Shown here: positions 29,017-39,028 of the stretch, in pieces
How positions within the stretch are numbered: the stretch's first letter is position 1
Layout: every line of letters starts with the position of its first letter
Origin: Bdellovibrionales bacterium
Lineage (GTDB): Bacteria; Bdellovibrionota; Bdellovibrionia; Bdellovibrionales; JAUICD01
NCBI GenBank assembly: GCA_965262715.1
Contig: OZ253553.1
Span: 2,624,001-2,688,000, forward strand
Length of the DNA stretch: 64,000 nucleotides
Direction of reading: 5' to 3'
Notes under the pieces: generated by a model
Told to the model about the DNA's origin: nothing
Database searches by the model: none
Seen by the model: the letters and a program-made list of their open reading frames with translations, nothing else
Position numbers and translations under genes: made by a program

Positions 29017-30399
29017 ATGACAGATAAAAAAATTAAAGATCTCATTTTAACTGGTGAAGGATATCATATAGAGTTTAAACAGGCTTTAGATAAATCTCTT
29101 ATTGATGAAGCTTGTGCTTTTGCTAACTCATCTGGTGGAGATATTCTAGTTGGAGTCACTGATGATGGAATAGTAAAAGGCATTGATATAGACAATCGCC
29201 TTCGCTCTCAAATTCAAGATGTATTGAACCAATTGCAACCAAAATTAGATATTACTATTGAGTCTACAGAAAATCTCATTATTATTCATGTTCCTGAAGG
29301 CCAAGAAAAACCTTATGGGTGTTCAAGAGGTTTTTTTATGAGAGTTGGAGCAAATTCTCAGAAAATGACGAGGAACGAAATCATTGCTTTTTTTAAAAAA
29401 GAGGGACGTGTTAATTTTGAAGAGTTAATTAATGAAAAATCCAGTTTTGAAAAGGACTTTGATTCTAAAGCTTTTAAATATTTTTTAAAGCTTTCAGGTA
29501 TTACTTCGACCATTAAAAAAGAAACTCTTTTACAAAATCTGGATTGTCTAACATCTGATAAAAAACTTACAAACTTAGGGGTTTTGTTTTTTGCTAAAGA
29601 TATAGATCTTATTATGAATTATGCCCTTGTGGATTGTATTTTATTCAGAGGAGCAGATAAAGTTAAGATTTTAGATAGAAAGCAGTACAAAGGAAACCTC
29701 ATTGAAAATATTGAAAGTGCTTTGGCTTTTGTTCAAAGGCACACAAATACCGAATATGTGATTACAGGTAAACCTCGCAGAGAAGAAATTCCTGATTATC
29801 CTGAAACTGCTTTGCGAGAAACCATTGTCAATGCTGTTTGCCACAGAGATTATTTTGAGAAACGGTGTCATGTTGTTATAGAGATTTTTTCTGATAGGGT
29901 GGAGATTTATAACCCAGGTGGATTACCAAGTGGACTTAATCCAAAAGATTTTGGAACGAAAAGTGTTCCGCGAAATCTTTTTATTGCTTCAATGCTACAT
30001 AGAGTAAATTATATAGAGCAAGCAGGAACAGGGATTGGCCGTATCAAAGAGGCACTTGCAAATCATAAAAAGAAGGTGGGACTGGATATTCAGTATAGTG
30101 ATGACAGTATGTTTTATAAGGTTATTTTTAAGAAAGGTAAATTGGTAGAAACTACCCAGAAAACTACCCAGAAAACTACCCAGAAAACTACCCAGAAAAT
30201 TTTAGATCTAATTGATAAAAATCCTTATATTACAAGGAGAGAATTATCAGAGCAAATTAAAAATATCACTCCTGATGGTGTCAAATATCATATAGAGCAA
30301 TTAAAGAAACAAGGGGTTTTAAAAAGAATTGGGGCTGATAAAGGTGGTTATTGGAAAGTGATTAAAAACAATCAGAAAACTTCAAAAATCAAAAATTAA
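29017..30399 (+). CDS. AlbA_2 (Schlafen-like) + HATPase_c_4 + HTH protein
   Basis: GEGYHIEFK, ACAFANSSGG.ILVGV.DDG, ALRE.IVNA.CHRDY, NPGGL, EQAGTGI. Confidence 0.9.
   Translation: MTDKKIKDLILTGEGYHIEFKQALDKSLIDEACAFANSSGGDILVGVTDDGIVKGIDIDNRLRSQIQDVLNQLQPKLDITIESTENLIIIHVPEGQEKPYGCSRGFFMRVGANSQKMTRNEIIAFFKKEGRVNFEELINEKSSFEKDFDSKAFKYFLKLSGITSTIKKETLLQNLDCLTSDKKLTNLGVLFFAKDIDLIMNYALVDCILFRGADKVKILDRKQYKGNLIENIESALAFVQRHTNTEYVITGKPRREEIPDYPETALRETIVNAVCHRDYFEKRCHVVIEIFSDRVEIYNPGGLPSGLNPKDFGTKSVPRNLFIASMLHRVNYIEQAGTGIGRIKEALANHKKKVGLDIQYSDDSMFYKVIFKKGKLVETTQKTTQKTTQKTTQKILDLIDKNPYITRRELSEQIKNITPDGVKYHIEQLKKQGVLKRIGADKGGYWKVIKNNQKTSKIKN
30149..30199 (+). repeat. 12-bp tandem repeat x4 encoding TTQK
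   Basis: (AAACTACCCAGA)4. Confidence 0.9.
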
Positions 30400-30511
30400 G
30401 AAAAATCTTTTAATGATCTTTTGAGGAATATAATTATCGTTATAAAAAGATATTTAGAGTTCTTATATACTGTGTTCAGTTAAATTGGAGAATTCTCAAA
30501 GTGATATCTAG

Positions 30512-31381
30512 ATGAAGACTACGATTCTAGTAACATTGATCTTATTGCTCATTTTTGAACTTGCGATAGCTAAAATTCACGTTCAAGGACATCGCGGTGC
30601 AAGGGCAATTTTTCCTGAAAGTGCTCTCGAAGGGTTCCACTACGCTCTTTCCTTAGGAATCGACTTCTTGGAGTTTGATCTAGCAGTTAGCAAAGATATG
30701 CAGGTTATTATCAGTCACAATCTTGCCGTCAATACGACATTGTGTCGTTTTGATCAGGAACAAACTCCCTTTTTTACTTTAATCCTACGAAAGATTAAAG
30801 AGATAGGCTGTGGGTTACTGCTCAGTTTTCTCTTTCCTCAACAACAACAGGTTGCAGGTGCCAAAGTTCCCACTCTTAGTGAATTGTTCGAGTTGGTAAA
30901 AGAATCCCAACTCCCCTCTGCGCAAACTGTTCAGTTTAGCATTGAAATAAAAACATCTCTCCTAAGTTCTAGCCTTACCCCTGAAGTAGGGGAGTTTGTC
31001 CAATTAGTTTACGAAGTCATCAGACAACATGATATGGTGAAACGATCCATTATTCAGTCCTTTAACCACAGAGTATTACGATTAGTTAAAGCAATCGACC
31101 CCGAACTGCGTATTGCTGTTATCCTCTATCCACTGCCTTATTCTATATCCGACCTTGTTAGAACTGCAAAATACCTCGAAGCGGAGTACATTTTCCCGAA
31201 CTACCGATGGATTACACAAAGACAAGTCGAAGAGCTTCAATATATTGGAGTAAAAACGGTGCCGTGGACCGCTAATACTTTCAAACAATGGGATCGAATG
31301 ATAGATTTAGGAGTTGATGGTATTATTACCGATGATCCACAGGCACTCATCGAATATTTGAAGGAAAAAAGACTGCGCTAA
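30512..31381 (+). CDS. Glycerophosphodiester phosphodiesterase
   Basis: QGHRGAR..PES, LEFDL, IISH, IEIK, IIQSF, GVDGIITDDP. Confidence 0.93.
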   Translation: MKTTILVTLILLLIFELAIAKIHVQGHRGARAIFPESALEGFHYALSLGIDFLEFDLAVSKDMQVIISHNLAVNTTLCRFDQEQTPFFTLILRKIKEIGCGLLLSFLFPQQQQVAGAKVPTLSELFELVKESQLPSAQTVQFSIEIKTSLLSSSLTPEVGEFVQLVYEVIRQHDMVKRSIIQSFNHRVLRLVKAIDPELRIAVILYPLPYSISDLVRTAKYLEAEYIFPNYRWITQRQVEELQYIGVKTVPWTANTFKQWDRMIDLGVDGIITDDPQALIEYLKEKRLR

Positions 31382-31476
31382 ATACATATGATATTGAAAG
31401 ATTGTCCTTGTGAGTGTTCTTTCCAAATAACGCTTAATATAATCAATAGATTGCGGCTATAGCACCATCTCCGCAA

Positions 31477-32586
31477 TTAACCTTTGATGCAGACCACTTG
31501 TTTTAAGGTGTGTAAGATTTCAACAAGGTCTTTTTGGGCTTCCATCACTTTGTCAATATCCTTATAGGCTTTAGGTGATTCATCTAAAACACCTTTATCT
31601 TTTCTGCACTCTACTCCTTTTGTGGCTCTGCGATGTTCTTCAAGAGAGATCAATTGCTTAGCTTTAGTTCGGGACATCACTCTGCCTGCGCCATGAGAGC
31701 AGCTATGAAAACTCTCTTCGTTTCCAAGCCCTCTGACAATATAGGATTTAGCTCCCATACTGCCAGGTATAATTCCTAAATCGCCTACCCTCGCTCGAAC
31801 AGCACCTTTCCTAGTTATATATACATTTTGATCATAATGATGTTCAATTTCTACATAGTTGTGATGACAGTTGATAGCTTGCTTTTCTACTTTCATAAAT
31901 GGAAAATCTTTCAATAACACTTCTAAAATATGTTTCATCATGATCTCTCGATTGATACGAGCAAACTCTTGTGCCCAGCTAACAGCTATCATATATTCTT
32001 CAAAATGTTCTGTTCCTTGAGGAAAATATGCGAGGTCTTTATCAGGAAGTTGAATCATATACTTTTCCATATCTTTTTTAGCTAAACTGATAAAGTAATT
32101 TCCGATTCTATTGCCTAATCCTCTAGATCCACTATGAAGCATCACCCAAAGACTTTCAGATTCATCAAGGCAAAGCTCTATAAAGTGATTTCCTCCACCG
32201 AGAGTTCCTAATTGAACCTCTCGCTTTTTTGCAGCAGCCAAAGGCTTTTCTTCAGTAAGTTTTTGTAACCCTTCCAGCTCCTTAGCCTCCTTTTTTTGCA
32301 ATAACATCATCCATCTATTAAATTCAATTTGCAATTTTTTGAGTTCTTTCATAACCATTTCAACGCCAGATATAACTCGAACATGTTTAAAATCCTCAAA
32401 GGTTTGAAACTCAAAACCTCTCTTGACATCCACTAAGATAAAGTCCATATTTCTATCTCTAGGATATAAACTTGTAATAACGTCTTTAACAAAATTAGAC
32501 TTGTCACCTGCTGTCTGATTTACAACTAGAAGATGAAGCATCTCAATGAGATTGCAAAAAACTTCATTTATACAACTTTCTCCCAT
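31477..32586 (-). pseudogene. Chimeric ORF: degenerate FtsK/SpoIIIE-like fragment fused to the 3' two-thirds of rtcB
   Basis: HLLVVNQTAGDKSNF..ITSL..FILVDVKRGFEF (decayed Walker A). 31477-32244 aligns to 37324-38091. Lacks the RtcB N-terminal MPDVH and VGVDIGCG motifs. Confidence 0.8.
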
Positions 32587-32656
32587 TTGAAGCCTCTCTA
32601 GCCTCCTTGTTCAACAGAAGTGTGAAAAAATAGACTTGACTCTCTATAATGTCGCT

Positions 32657-32806
32657 GAGGAAGATATGGACGTGAGATCATGTCAGTACTGGTAGAAGAT
32701 TGAAAGCGGGCAGAAGAATAAAAACCTAACGACATTCTTTAAGGTTTGCCAAACTTTGGATATATATCCGAGTAGGATATTGAAGCAATTTAGTATTGAT
32801 CAATGA
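32657..32806 (+). pseudogene. XRE-type HTH remnant
   Basis: ..QYW*KIESGQKNKNLTTFFKVCQTLDIYPSRIL, with TAG at 32693. Confidence 0.6.
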
Positions 32807-32869
32807 GGTATTAGTGTATAATTTTAATTAATGTTATTTAAGGTCACCAATGTATTTTACTGATCACTC

Positions 32870-35317
32870 ATGAGGGTACCAATGGGCATTGACCTAGCAA
32901 AGATACGATTTGACCAGTTTTTCGTCGAATGGAAAGCGTCACAATCTGCCATAATTAACGAGAGTGACACTCGCTTTCAGATGATTGATCGTATGTTAAT
33001 TGAGGTTATGGAATGGAAGCACTTAGATATACGCACAGAAAGGCATAGCTCATCTGGCTATGCTGATTATCTTTTATCTCGAGACAATAGGAGTTATTTA
33101 GTCATCGAAGCAAAAAAGAAAGATAACCTTCTCATCGATACAAGAAATCCCAATGTGGCTCACTACAAGGTGGGAGGATCTGCGCTTAAAAGTGCGGAAG
33201 AAGGCATAAAACAAGCTCGTAAATATTGTGTGGACGTTGGGGTCTCTTTTGCTGCTCTTACCACAGGAATTGAGTGGATATTCTTTACCGCTATTAGAAC
33301 AGATGGGCGACCTCCAGCAGAGGGGAAAGCTATTGTATTTCCGAATCTACAGTCCATAAATAAAAATTTTGCCAAGTTCTATGACCTCCTTTCTAAGTCT
33401 GGTTGTGATAAGGAACTAATAAGAGTTCGGCTACAAGAAGCTGAGGGGCTAGAGATAATATCTGAAGAGGAACTGTACTCAATCCAAGATCCTCAGAAAG
33501 CTCGATTCATGAAAAAATCTCAGATCGCACAAGACCTGAACCGAGTGTTTGACGAATTCTTCGGCACAATATCAGGAAATAATGATACAGAAATGCTCTC
33601 TAAATGTTTTGTTGAGACGAAGGAAAGCCGTGAAGCAGATACAACATTAGACAAAATTACACGAAAGTTGACGAACGATATTCAAGTCGTTAATAGCCGA
33701 GGAGTAGCTCTTGCAAAACGCATTGAAGCAGCAGTTGAATCTCGTAGAGGGGAATTTGTTCTCGTTATCGGAAATAAAGGAGCAGGTAAATCGACATTTA
33801 TTGATCGATTCTTCAAATTAGTACTTGAAAATAGTTTACGAAAACAATGTTTAGTTGTTAAAGTTGATCTAACGAGTGCTTCTAGCAGTCTTGATACACT
33901 AGATAGTTGGCTTACGAACTGTCTGAAAAAAGTTCTAGAACGGGAATTGTTTGATTCTTCTGCACCAAAATATGAAGAGCTACAAGGAATATTTTGGAAA
34001 GATTATCAAAGGTGGAAAGTGGGAGAACACAAGTTTCTTTATAAGACAAATCGAAATGAATTCAAAATTAAATTTGGAGAATACATATATAACTTAGCGA
34101 AAGAACAACCTAAAAAATACATAATTGAATTGTTGAGACATTCCATTAAGTCGCGACAGCTTTTGCCTTGCTTAATATTTGATAACACAGACCATTACCA
34201 ACAAACATATCAAGAACATGTGTTTCAATATGCACAATCAATCTTCCAAGAAGTTCTTTCATTCGTTATTTGCCCAATTACAGATCGAACCATTTGGCAG
34301 CTTTCAAAACAAGGACCATTACAGAGCTATCGAACTACGCAGTTTTACCTTCCAGTCCCTTCGACCAAGGAGGTTTTGCATAAAAGAATAAACTTTATCA
34401 AACAAAAAATAGAAGGTAAGTCTACAAGCGGAGAGTACTTCTCACAAAAAGGGATTCGCTTAAATCTTTCTGACATAAAAGGGTTTGCTCTCTGTCTTGA
34501 AGAGATTTTTATCAACACAGAGTATTTAGGGAAAATCGTCGGTTGGTTGTCTAATCATGATATTCGCAGAGGATTAAGAATTTCACAGGATATAATCACA
34601 TCACCAATCTTGAATATAGAGGAGCTTCTAAAGCTATACATTTTTAAAGGAAAATCGATACAAAAACAATCAATCAAAGAAAGAAAAATACGTCAAGCCT
34701 TAATACTAGGAAACTACAATACCTTTATAAAGAAAAATAGTAGTTTTATTTTAAATGTGTTTCAGGTAATTGGTACTGATATTACCACTCCTATGGCAAC
34801 ACTATCAATACTTCAGTTGTTAATGGATAAAGAAGTGTCAGCAAGCTCACCAATAGAGCCATACATGACAATTGATAAAATTGTGAATTATTGTGAACCA
34901 ATGGGTATTAGTCGCTCAGCCACAATTAAGCATTTAAAAGAGCTTTTGGAGTATAGGCTAATAGAACCGTATGACCCAACAGATTCAGATATATATATGG
35001 AGCAGAGGGTTAGAATTACATATGCAGGGCGTATTCACATGGATTTTGCTCTTAAGGATGAAACTTACTTTATACAAATGGCTCTTGCTACACAGATTCG
35101 ATCATCAGATATTGCGGTTCAAGGTCGAGGTATATTTTACAGTGGTGATAAAATGACTCGAAGTGACTGGCTTGAAATTGCTTGTCTTTTTGCAAACTAT
35201 TGTGATCAGCAAGATAGGCTTTTCGTGAATATACCAACTGTAGATTCATACTTAGGACAAAAAGAGCTTCGCAACCAATTTAGGCAACGTTGGATCAATA
35301 AAGATGAAATACTCTGA
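32870..35317 (+). CDS. HsdR-N-like PD-(D/E)XK nuclease fused to a P-loop ATPase, putative defence protein
   Basis: NESDTR..ID, GYADYLL..LVIEAKK, QARKYC, LTTG.EW; GNKGAGKST; LIFDNTD. Confidence 0.8.
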   Translation: MRVPMGIDLAKIRFDQFFVEWKASQSAIINESDTRFQMIDRMLIEVMEWKHLDIRTERHSSSGYADYLLSRDNRSYLVIEAKKKDNLLIDTRNPNVAHYKVGGSALKSAEEGIKQARKYCVDVGVSFAALTTGIEWIFFTAIRTDGRPPAEGKAIVFPNLQSINKNFAKFYDLLSKSGCDKELIRVRLQEAEGLEIISEEELYSIQDPQKARFMKKSQIAQDLNRVFDEFFGTISGNNDTEMLSKCFVETKESREADTTLDKITRKLTNDIQVVNSRGVALAKRIEAAVESRRGEFVLVIGNKGAGKSTFIDRFFKLVLENSLRKQCLVVKVDLTSASSSLDTLDSWLTNCLKKVLERELFDSSAPKYEELQGIFWKDYQRWKVGEHKFLYKTNRNEFKIKFGEYIYNLAKEQPKKYIIELLRHSIKSRQLLPCLIFDNTDHYQQTYQEHVFQYAQSIFQEVLSFVICPITDRTIWQLSKQGPLQSYRTTQFYLPVPSTKEVLHKRINFIKQKIEGKSTSGEYFSQKGIRLNLSDIKGFALCLEEIFINTEYLGKIVGWLSNHDIRRGLRISQDIITSPILNIEELLKLYIFKGKSIQKQSIKERKIRQALILGNYNTFIKKNSSFILNVFQVIGTDITTPMATLSILQLLMDKEVSASSPIEPYMTIDKIVNYCEPMGISRSATIKHLKELLEYRLIEPYDPTDSDIYMEQRVRITYAGRIHMDFALKDETYFIQMALATQIRSSDIAVQGRGIFYSGDKMTRSDWLEIACLFANYCDQQDRLFVNIPTVDSYLGQKELRNQFRQRWINKDEIL

Positions 35318-35491
35318 TCTTAAGGTGTGTCGGGATTTATTTTTCAGGGGATAAAAGGATAAGAATATAGAGCATATACCCTCTGTTAATGATGTAGAGT
35401 TCAGAAAGTGCTATCTGTCACCTATCTGTTGGAATTCTATAATGTTGTTTCGAATTTATTTTTAATATTTTGACATATAAGGAGATACATT

Positions 35492-36964
35492 TTGAAACAA
35501 AATCATATCCAAAACCATTTCAATATCAGGCTGTTGAAATTTTTACTGAATCAAGGTAGAGAATGCGAATGGATAGAGTTCAAAGAAAATAACTTTGACC
35601 CAGTTATTATTGGCAAGACACTTTCGGCTCTTTCCAACTCCGCATTTCTTCATGATGAAGCCTATGGGTATTTGATCTATGGCATCAAAAATGAATCCCT
35701 TGAAATTATTGGTACCAGCTATAAACCCAAAATACATAAGGTTGGCAATCAAGAAGTTGAAAATTGGCTAGCTACTCAATTAGATCCTCGGATTGATTTC
35801 CGTATTATTGAGTTTGATACCTCTGAAGGTAGAGTAGTATTCTTTAGAGTAGATGCGACAAGGGTGAGGCCCGTTTCATTCAAAGGAAATGAGTTCATAC
35901 GTATCGGGTCATACACAAAGAGACTGAAAGAACACCCTGAAATGGAAAGAAAAATCTGGGGGAAGGCATCAAGAGAATCTTTTGAAACTCAGAAATCTGA
36001 AGTTAACCTTACAGATGATCAAATCCTCAGCCTCCTTAATTATACGACATACTTCGATCTTACAGAACAACCCTTGCCCTCCAATAAAGAGTCCCTTCTT
36101 ACAAAATTAGAAGAGGAGAAGTTAATTGTCTCAGAAAAAAACGGAACTAAAGCAATTACAAACCTAGGAGCAATCCTATTTGCTAAAGACTTGAAACATT
36201 TTACCTATCTTCAAAGAAAAGCTGTTAGAGTGATTATATATAAGGGAAAAAATCGCTTAATTACTATAAAAGAGCTAGAAGAGAGAAAAGGCTATGCAGC
36301 AGGTTTTGAAGAGCTTGTTCATTATATTAATGACCAACTTCCTACTCATGAACAAATAGAAAAAACCTTGCGTAAGAAGATTCATGTCTTTCCAACAATA
36401 GCTATAAGAGAATTAGTAGCTAACATGCTGATCCATCAAGATTTCGACATTTCTGGTACTGGTCCAATGGTAGAAATTTTTTCAGATAGAATAGAGGTTT
36501 CTAACCCTGGTAAGCCTTTGATCAATACTCTACGACTTCTTGATCACAATCCTCGCTCAAGAAACGAAAAATTAGCTTATTTTATGAGAAGAATTAAAGT
36601 ATGTGAAGAAAGAGGGAGTGGGATTGATAAGGTTGTAGCTGCAACCGAGACAAACAATTTGCCAGCACCTAATTTCATTTATGAGGATCAGTATTTTAAA
36701 ACTATCCTTTATGGTCCTAAATCTCTTAAACAAATGACCAAACGAGATAAAGTACGAACAACTTATTTACATAGTTGTTTAAAATATATCTCTAGCGAGG
36801 TCATGACCAATGAGTCTCTGAGGAGTCGGTTGGGCATAAAGAAGGCAAATTATCCCTTGGCCTCAAGAATTATTAAGGAGACTCTCAAAGAAGAATTGAT
36901 TAAACCCAGTGATCCGGATAATAAAGCACCAAAGCATTCGAGTTACATTCCTTTCTGGGCTTAG
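35492..36964 (+). CDS. AlbA_2 (Schlafen-like) + HATPase_c_4 protein
   Basis: ECEWIEFKEN, SALSNSA, AIRELVANMLIHQDF, SNPG, CEERGSGIDK, YIPFWA. Confidence 0.9.
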   Translation: MKQNHIQNHFNIRLLKFLLNQGRECEWIEFKENNFDPVIIGKTLSALSNSAFLHDEAYGYLIYGIKNESLEIIGTSYKPKIHKVGNQEVENWLATQLDPRIDFRIIEFDTSEGRVVFFRVDATRVRPVSFKGNEFIRIGSYTKRLKEHPEMERKIWGKASRESFETQKSEVNLTDDQILSLLNYTTYFDLTEQPLPSNKESLLTKLEEEKLIVSEKNGTKAITNLGAILFAKDLKHFTYLQRKAVRVIIYKGKNRLITIKELEERKGYAAGFEELVHYINDQLPTHEQIEKTLRKKIHVFPTIAIRELVANMLIHQDFDISGTGPMVEIFSDRIEVSNPGKPLINTLRLLDHNPRSRNEKLAYFMRRIKVCEERGSGIDKVVAATETNNLPAPNFIYEDQYFKTILYGPKSLKQMTKRDKVRTTYLHSCLKYISSEVMTNESLRSRLGIKKANYPLASRIIKETLKEELIKPSDPDNKAPKHSSYIPFWA

Positions 36965-37323
36965 TTACATTAAGTAGAAATATAAATTATTGAAATTATT
37001 ACATTTATAAGTTAGCCCCTTTAGTAGAGTTACATTAACAACACATAAAGAAATTAATGCAATGTCTTTTTTTGAGACCTTCTAGGCCAATATTTTCTTG
37101 GAGGTGAATTCCCCACTATTTAGATCAAAAAAACTTTTCTCGCTCACTTTTTTACTTGCCCATTCCACCAGATTCAAATTTGTCCGTTTCCAGACCATCG
37201 AGTACATCTTTTCGACAATTTGAAGATGTTCGACCACCCCTACCACTTCCTATATAGAAATGCTGACTTTGTTAGCCTATCACGTCGAAGACCGAGGGGT
37301 TTGAGCCAAAACGATCTGTGTGT

Positions 37324-38520
37324 TTAACCTTTAACACACACAATTTGCTTTAAAGTATATAAGATTTCAACAAGGTCTTTTTGGGCTTCCATCACTTTGT
37401 CAATATCCTTATAGGCTTTAGGTGATTCATCTAAAACACCTTTATCTTTTCTGCACTCTACTCCTTTTGTGGCTCTGCGATGTTCTTCAAGAGAGATCAA
37501 TTGCTTAGCTTTAGTTCGGGACATCACTCTGCCTGCGCCATGAGAGCAGCTATGAAAACTCTCTTCGTTTCCAAGCCCTCTGACAATATAGGATTTAGCT
37601 CCCATACTGCCAGGTATAATTCCTAAATCGCCTACCCTCGCTCGAACAGCACCTTTCCTAGTTATATATACATTTTGATCATAATGATGTTCAATTTCTA
37701 CATAGTTGTGATGACAGTTGATAGCTTGCTTTTCTACTTTCATAAATGGAAAATCTTTCAATAACACTTCTAAAATATGTTTCATCATGATCTCTCGATT
37801 GATGCGAGCAAACTCTTGTGCCCAGTGGACAGCTATCATGTACTCTTTAAAATGCTCTGTCCCTTGAGGAAAATATGCGAGATCTTTATCAGGAAGTTGA
37901 ATCATATACTTTTCCATATCTTTTTTAGCTAAACTGATAAAGTAGTTTCCGATTCTATTGCCTAATCCTCGAGATCCACTATGAAGCATCACCCAAAGAC
38001 TGTCAGGTTCATCAAGACAAAGTTCAATAAAGTGATTTCCTCCACCAAGAGTTCCTAATTGAACTTCACGCCTTTTTGCAGCAGCCAAAGGATGTCTTTC
38101 AATAATACCATTGTAAATTTCTGCAAGTCCTGCCCACTGAGCTTCCACAGTTTTTGGCAGCTTGTTATGAGCAGATTGCCCCACAGGAACAACTGATTCG
38201 ATAGAAGATCGGATATTGGATAAAGAGTCAGGTAAATCTTTCGCTAGAAGATTGGTCTTTACAGCCATCATACCACAGCCAATATCTACACCTACAGCAG
38301 ATGGGATAACAGCTCTCATTGTAGGGATCACACTACCGATTGTAGCACCTTTTCCGAGATGAACATCTGGCATAGCAGCAATCCATTTATAAATAAAAGG
38401 AAGTCCTGCAATATTCTGAAGTTGCTTTTTAGCTTCCTGTTCAAATGGCACACCTCTAGTCCAAGACTTAATCATCTTTTTTGAACTACTGGTTAATATT
38501 TCATAGTTGGGTTTTTTCAT
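37324..38520 (-). CDS. rtcB: RNA ligase RtcB
   Basis: MPDVHLGKG, VGVDIGCG, GTLGGGNHF, HSGSRG, HHNY, PGSMG, HGAGR, terminal KG. Confidence 0.97.
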   Translation of the reverse strand: MKKPNYEILTSSSKKMIKSWTRGVPFEQEAKKQLQNIAGLPFIYKWIAAMPDVHLGKGATIGSVIPTMRAVIPSAVGVDIGCGMMAVKTNLLAKDLPDSLSNIRSSIESVVPVGQSAHNKLPKTVEAQWAGLAEIYNGIIERHPLAAAKRREVQLGTLGGGNHFIELCLDEPDSLWVMLHSGSRGLGNRIGNYFISLAKKDMEKYMIQLPDKDLAYFPQGTEHFKEYMIAVHWAQEFARINREIMMKHILEVLLKDFPFMKVEKQAINCHHNYVEIEHHYDQNVYITRKGAVRARVGDLGIIPGSMGAKSYIVRGLGNEESFHSCSHGAGRVMSRTKAKQLISLEEHRRATKGVECRKDKGVLDESPKAYKDIDKVMEAQKDLVEILYTLKQIVCVKG

Positions 38521-38955
38521 AATTGCTCTTGTTATTATTGTTTTGAATTGAATATTTATATTTCTTTTTTTAAGTATAGCATTTTTCGAGTTTTACATCT
38601 TAATAATTAAGACCATTCAGTATTTAACAGAGCCTAAATCGATGAAAATGAGCTAAAAAGAAGAGCTTCTGGTAAAATAGGCTCTGTAATATTTTCTTTT
38701 CTTCTGTAATCTCTAATTGGACAATAGGTAAATAATTAAGGTTTATGACACTTACAATGGCAAAGACTTTTAGAAATTATACAACAACGCCGTTTCGTCG
38801 TAGTAAATCTCCACAATTTTTAACTTTTTATCCATAACTTTCCAACAAGCAGCATAAGTTGGCCGTCCACTGACAAAAATAGTTATCTCTTTCCTTCTAG
38901 AGAGCATTAACCCCCCTTTTTTCGCGCTTTTATTTAAAAAACCTCATTTTTTATA

Positions 38956-38971
38956 TGGCATCTTTTTTGCT
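38956..38971 (+). promoter_or_regulatory. Putative sigma54 (-24/-12) promoter
   Basis: TGGCAT-CTTTT-TTGCT with correct GG-N10-GC spacing, about 60 bp before the ATG at 39029. Confidence 0.6.
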
Positions 38972-39028
38972 CTGTTATATATATGTTTTTTTAATTTGTA
39001 CTTTCAATAATTTTAACAAGGAAGCTTC

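Noticed and set aside
37082..37240. ~51-codon minus-strand ORF as an integrase remnant of the rtcB island
   Set aside because: No recombinase motif that I can recognise.
31477..38091. DGR template/variable repeat pair
   Set aside because: The differences are not adenine-specific, the repeat is far too long, and the RT is retron-type.
38627..38689. ACAGAGCCTA/TAGGCTCTGT inverted repeat as a MITE
   Set aside because: Single short occurrence with no target duplication or transposase.
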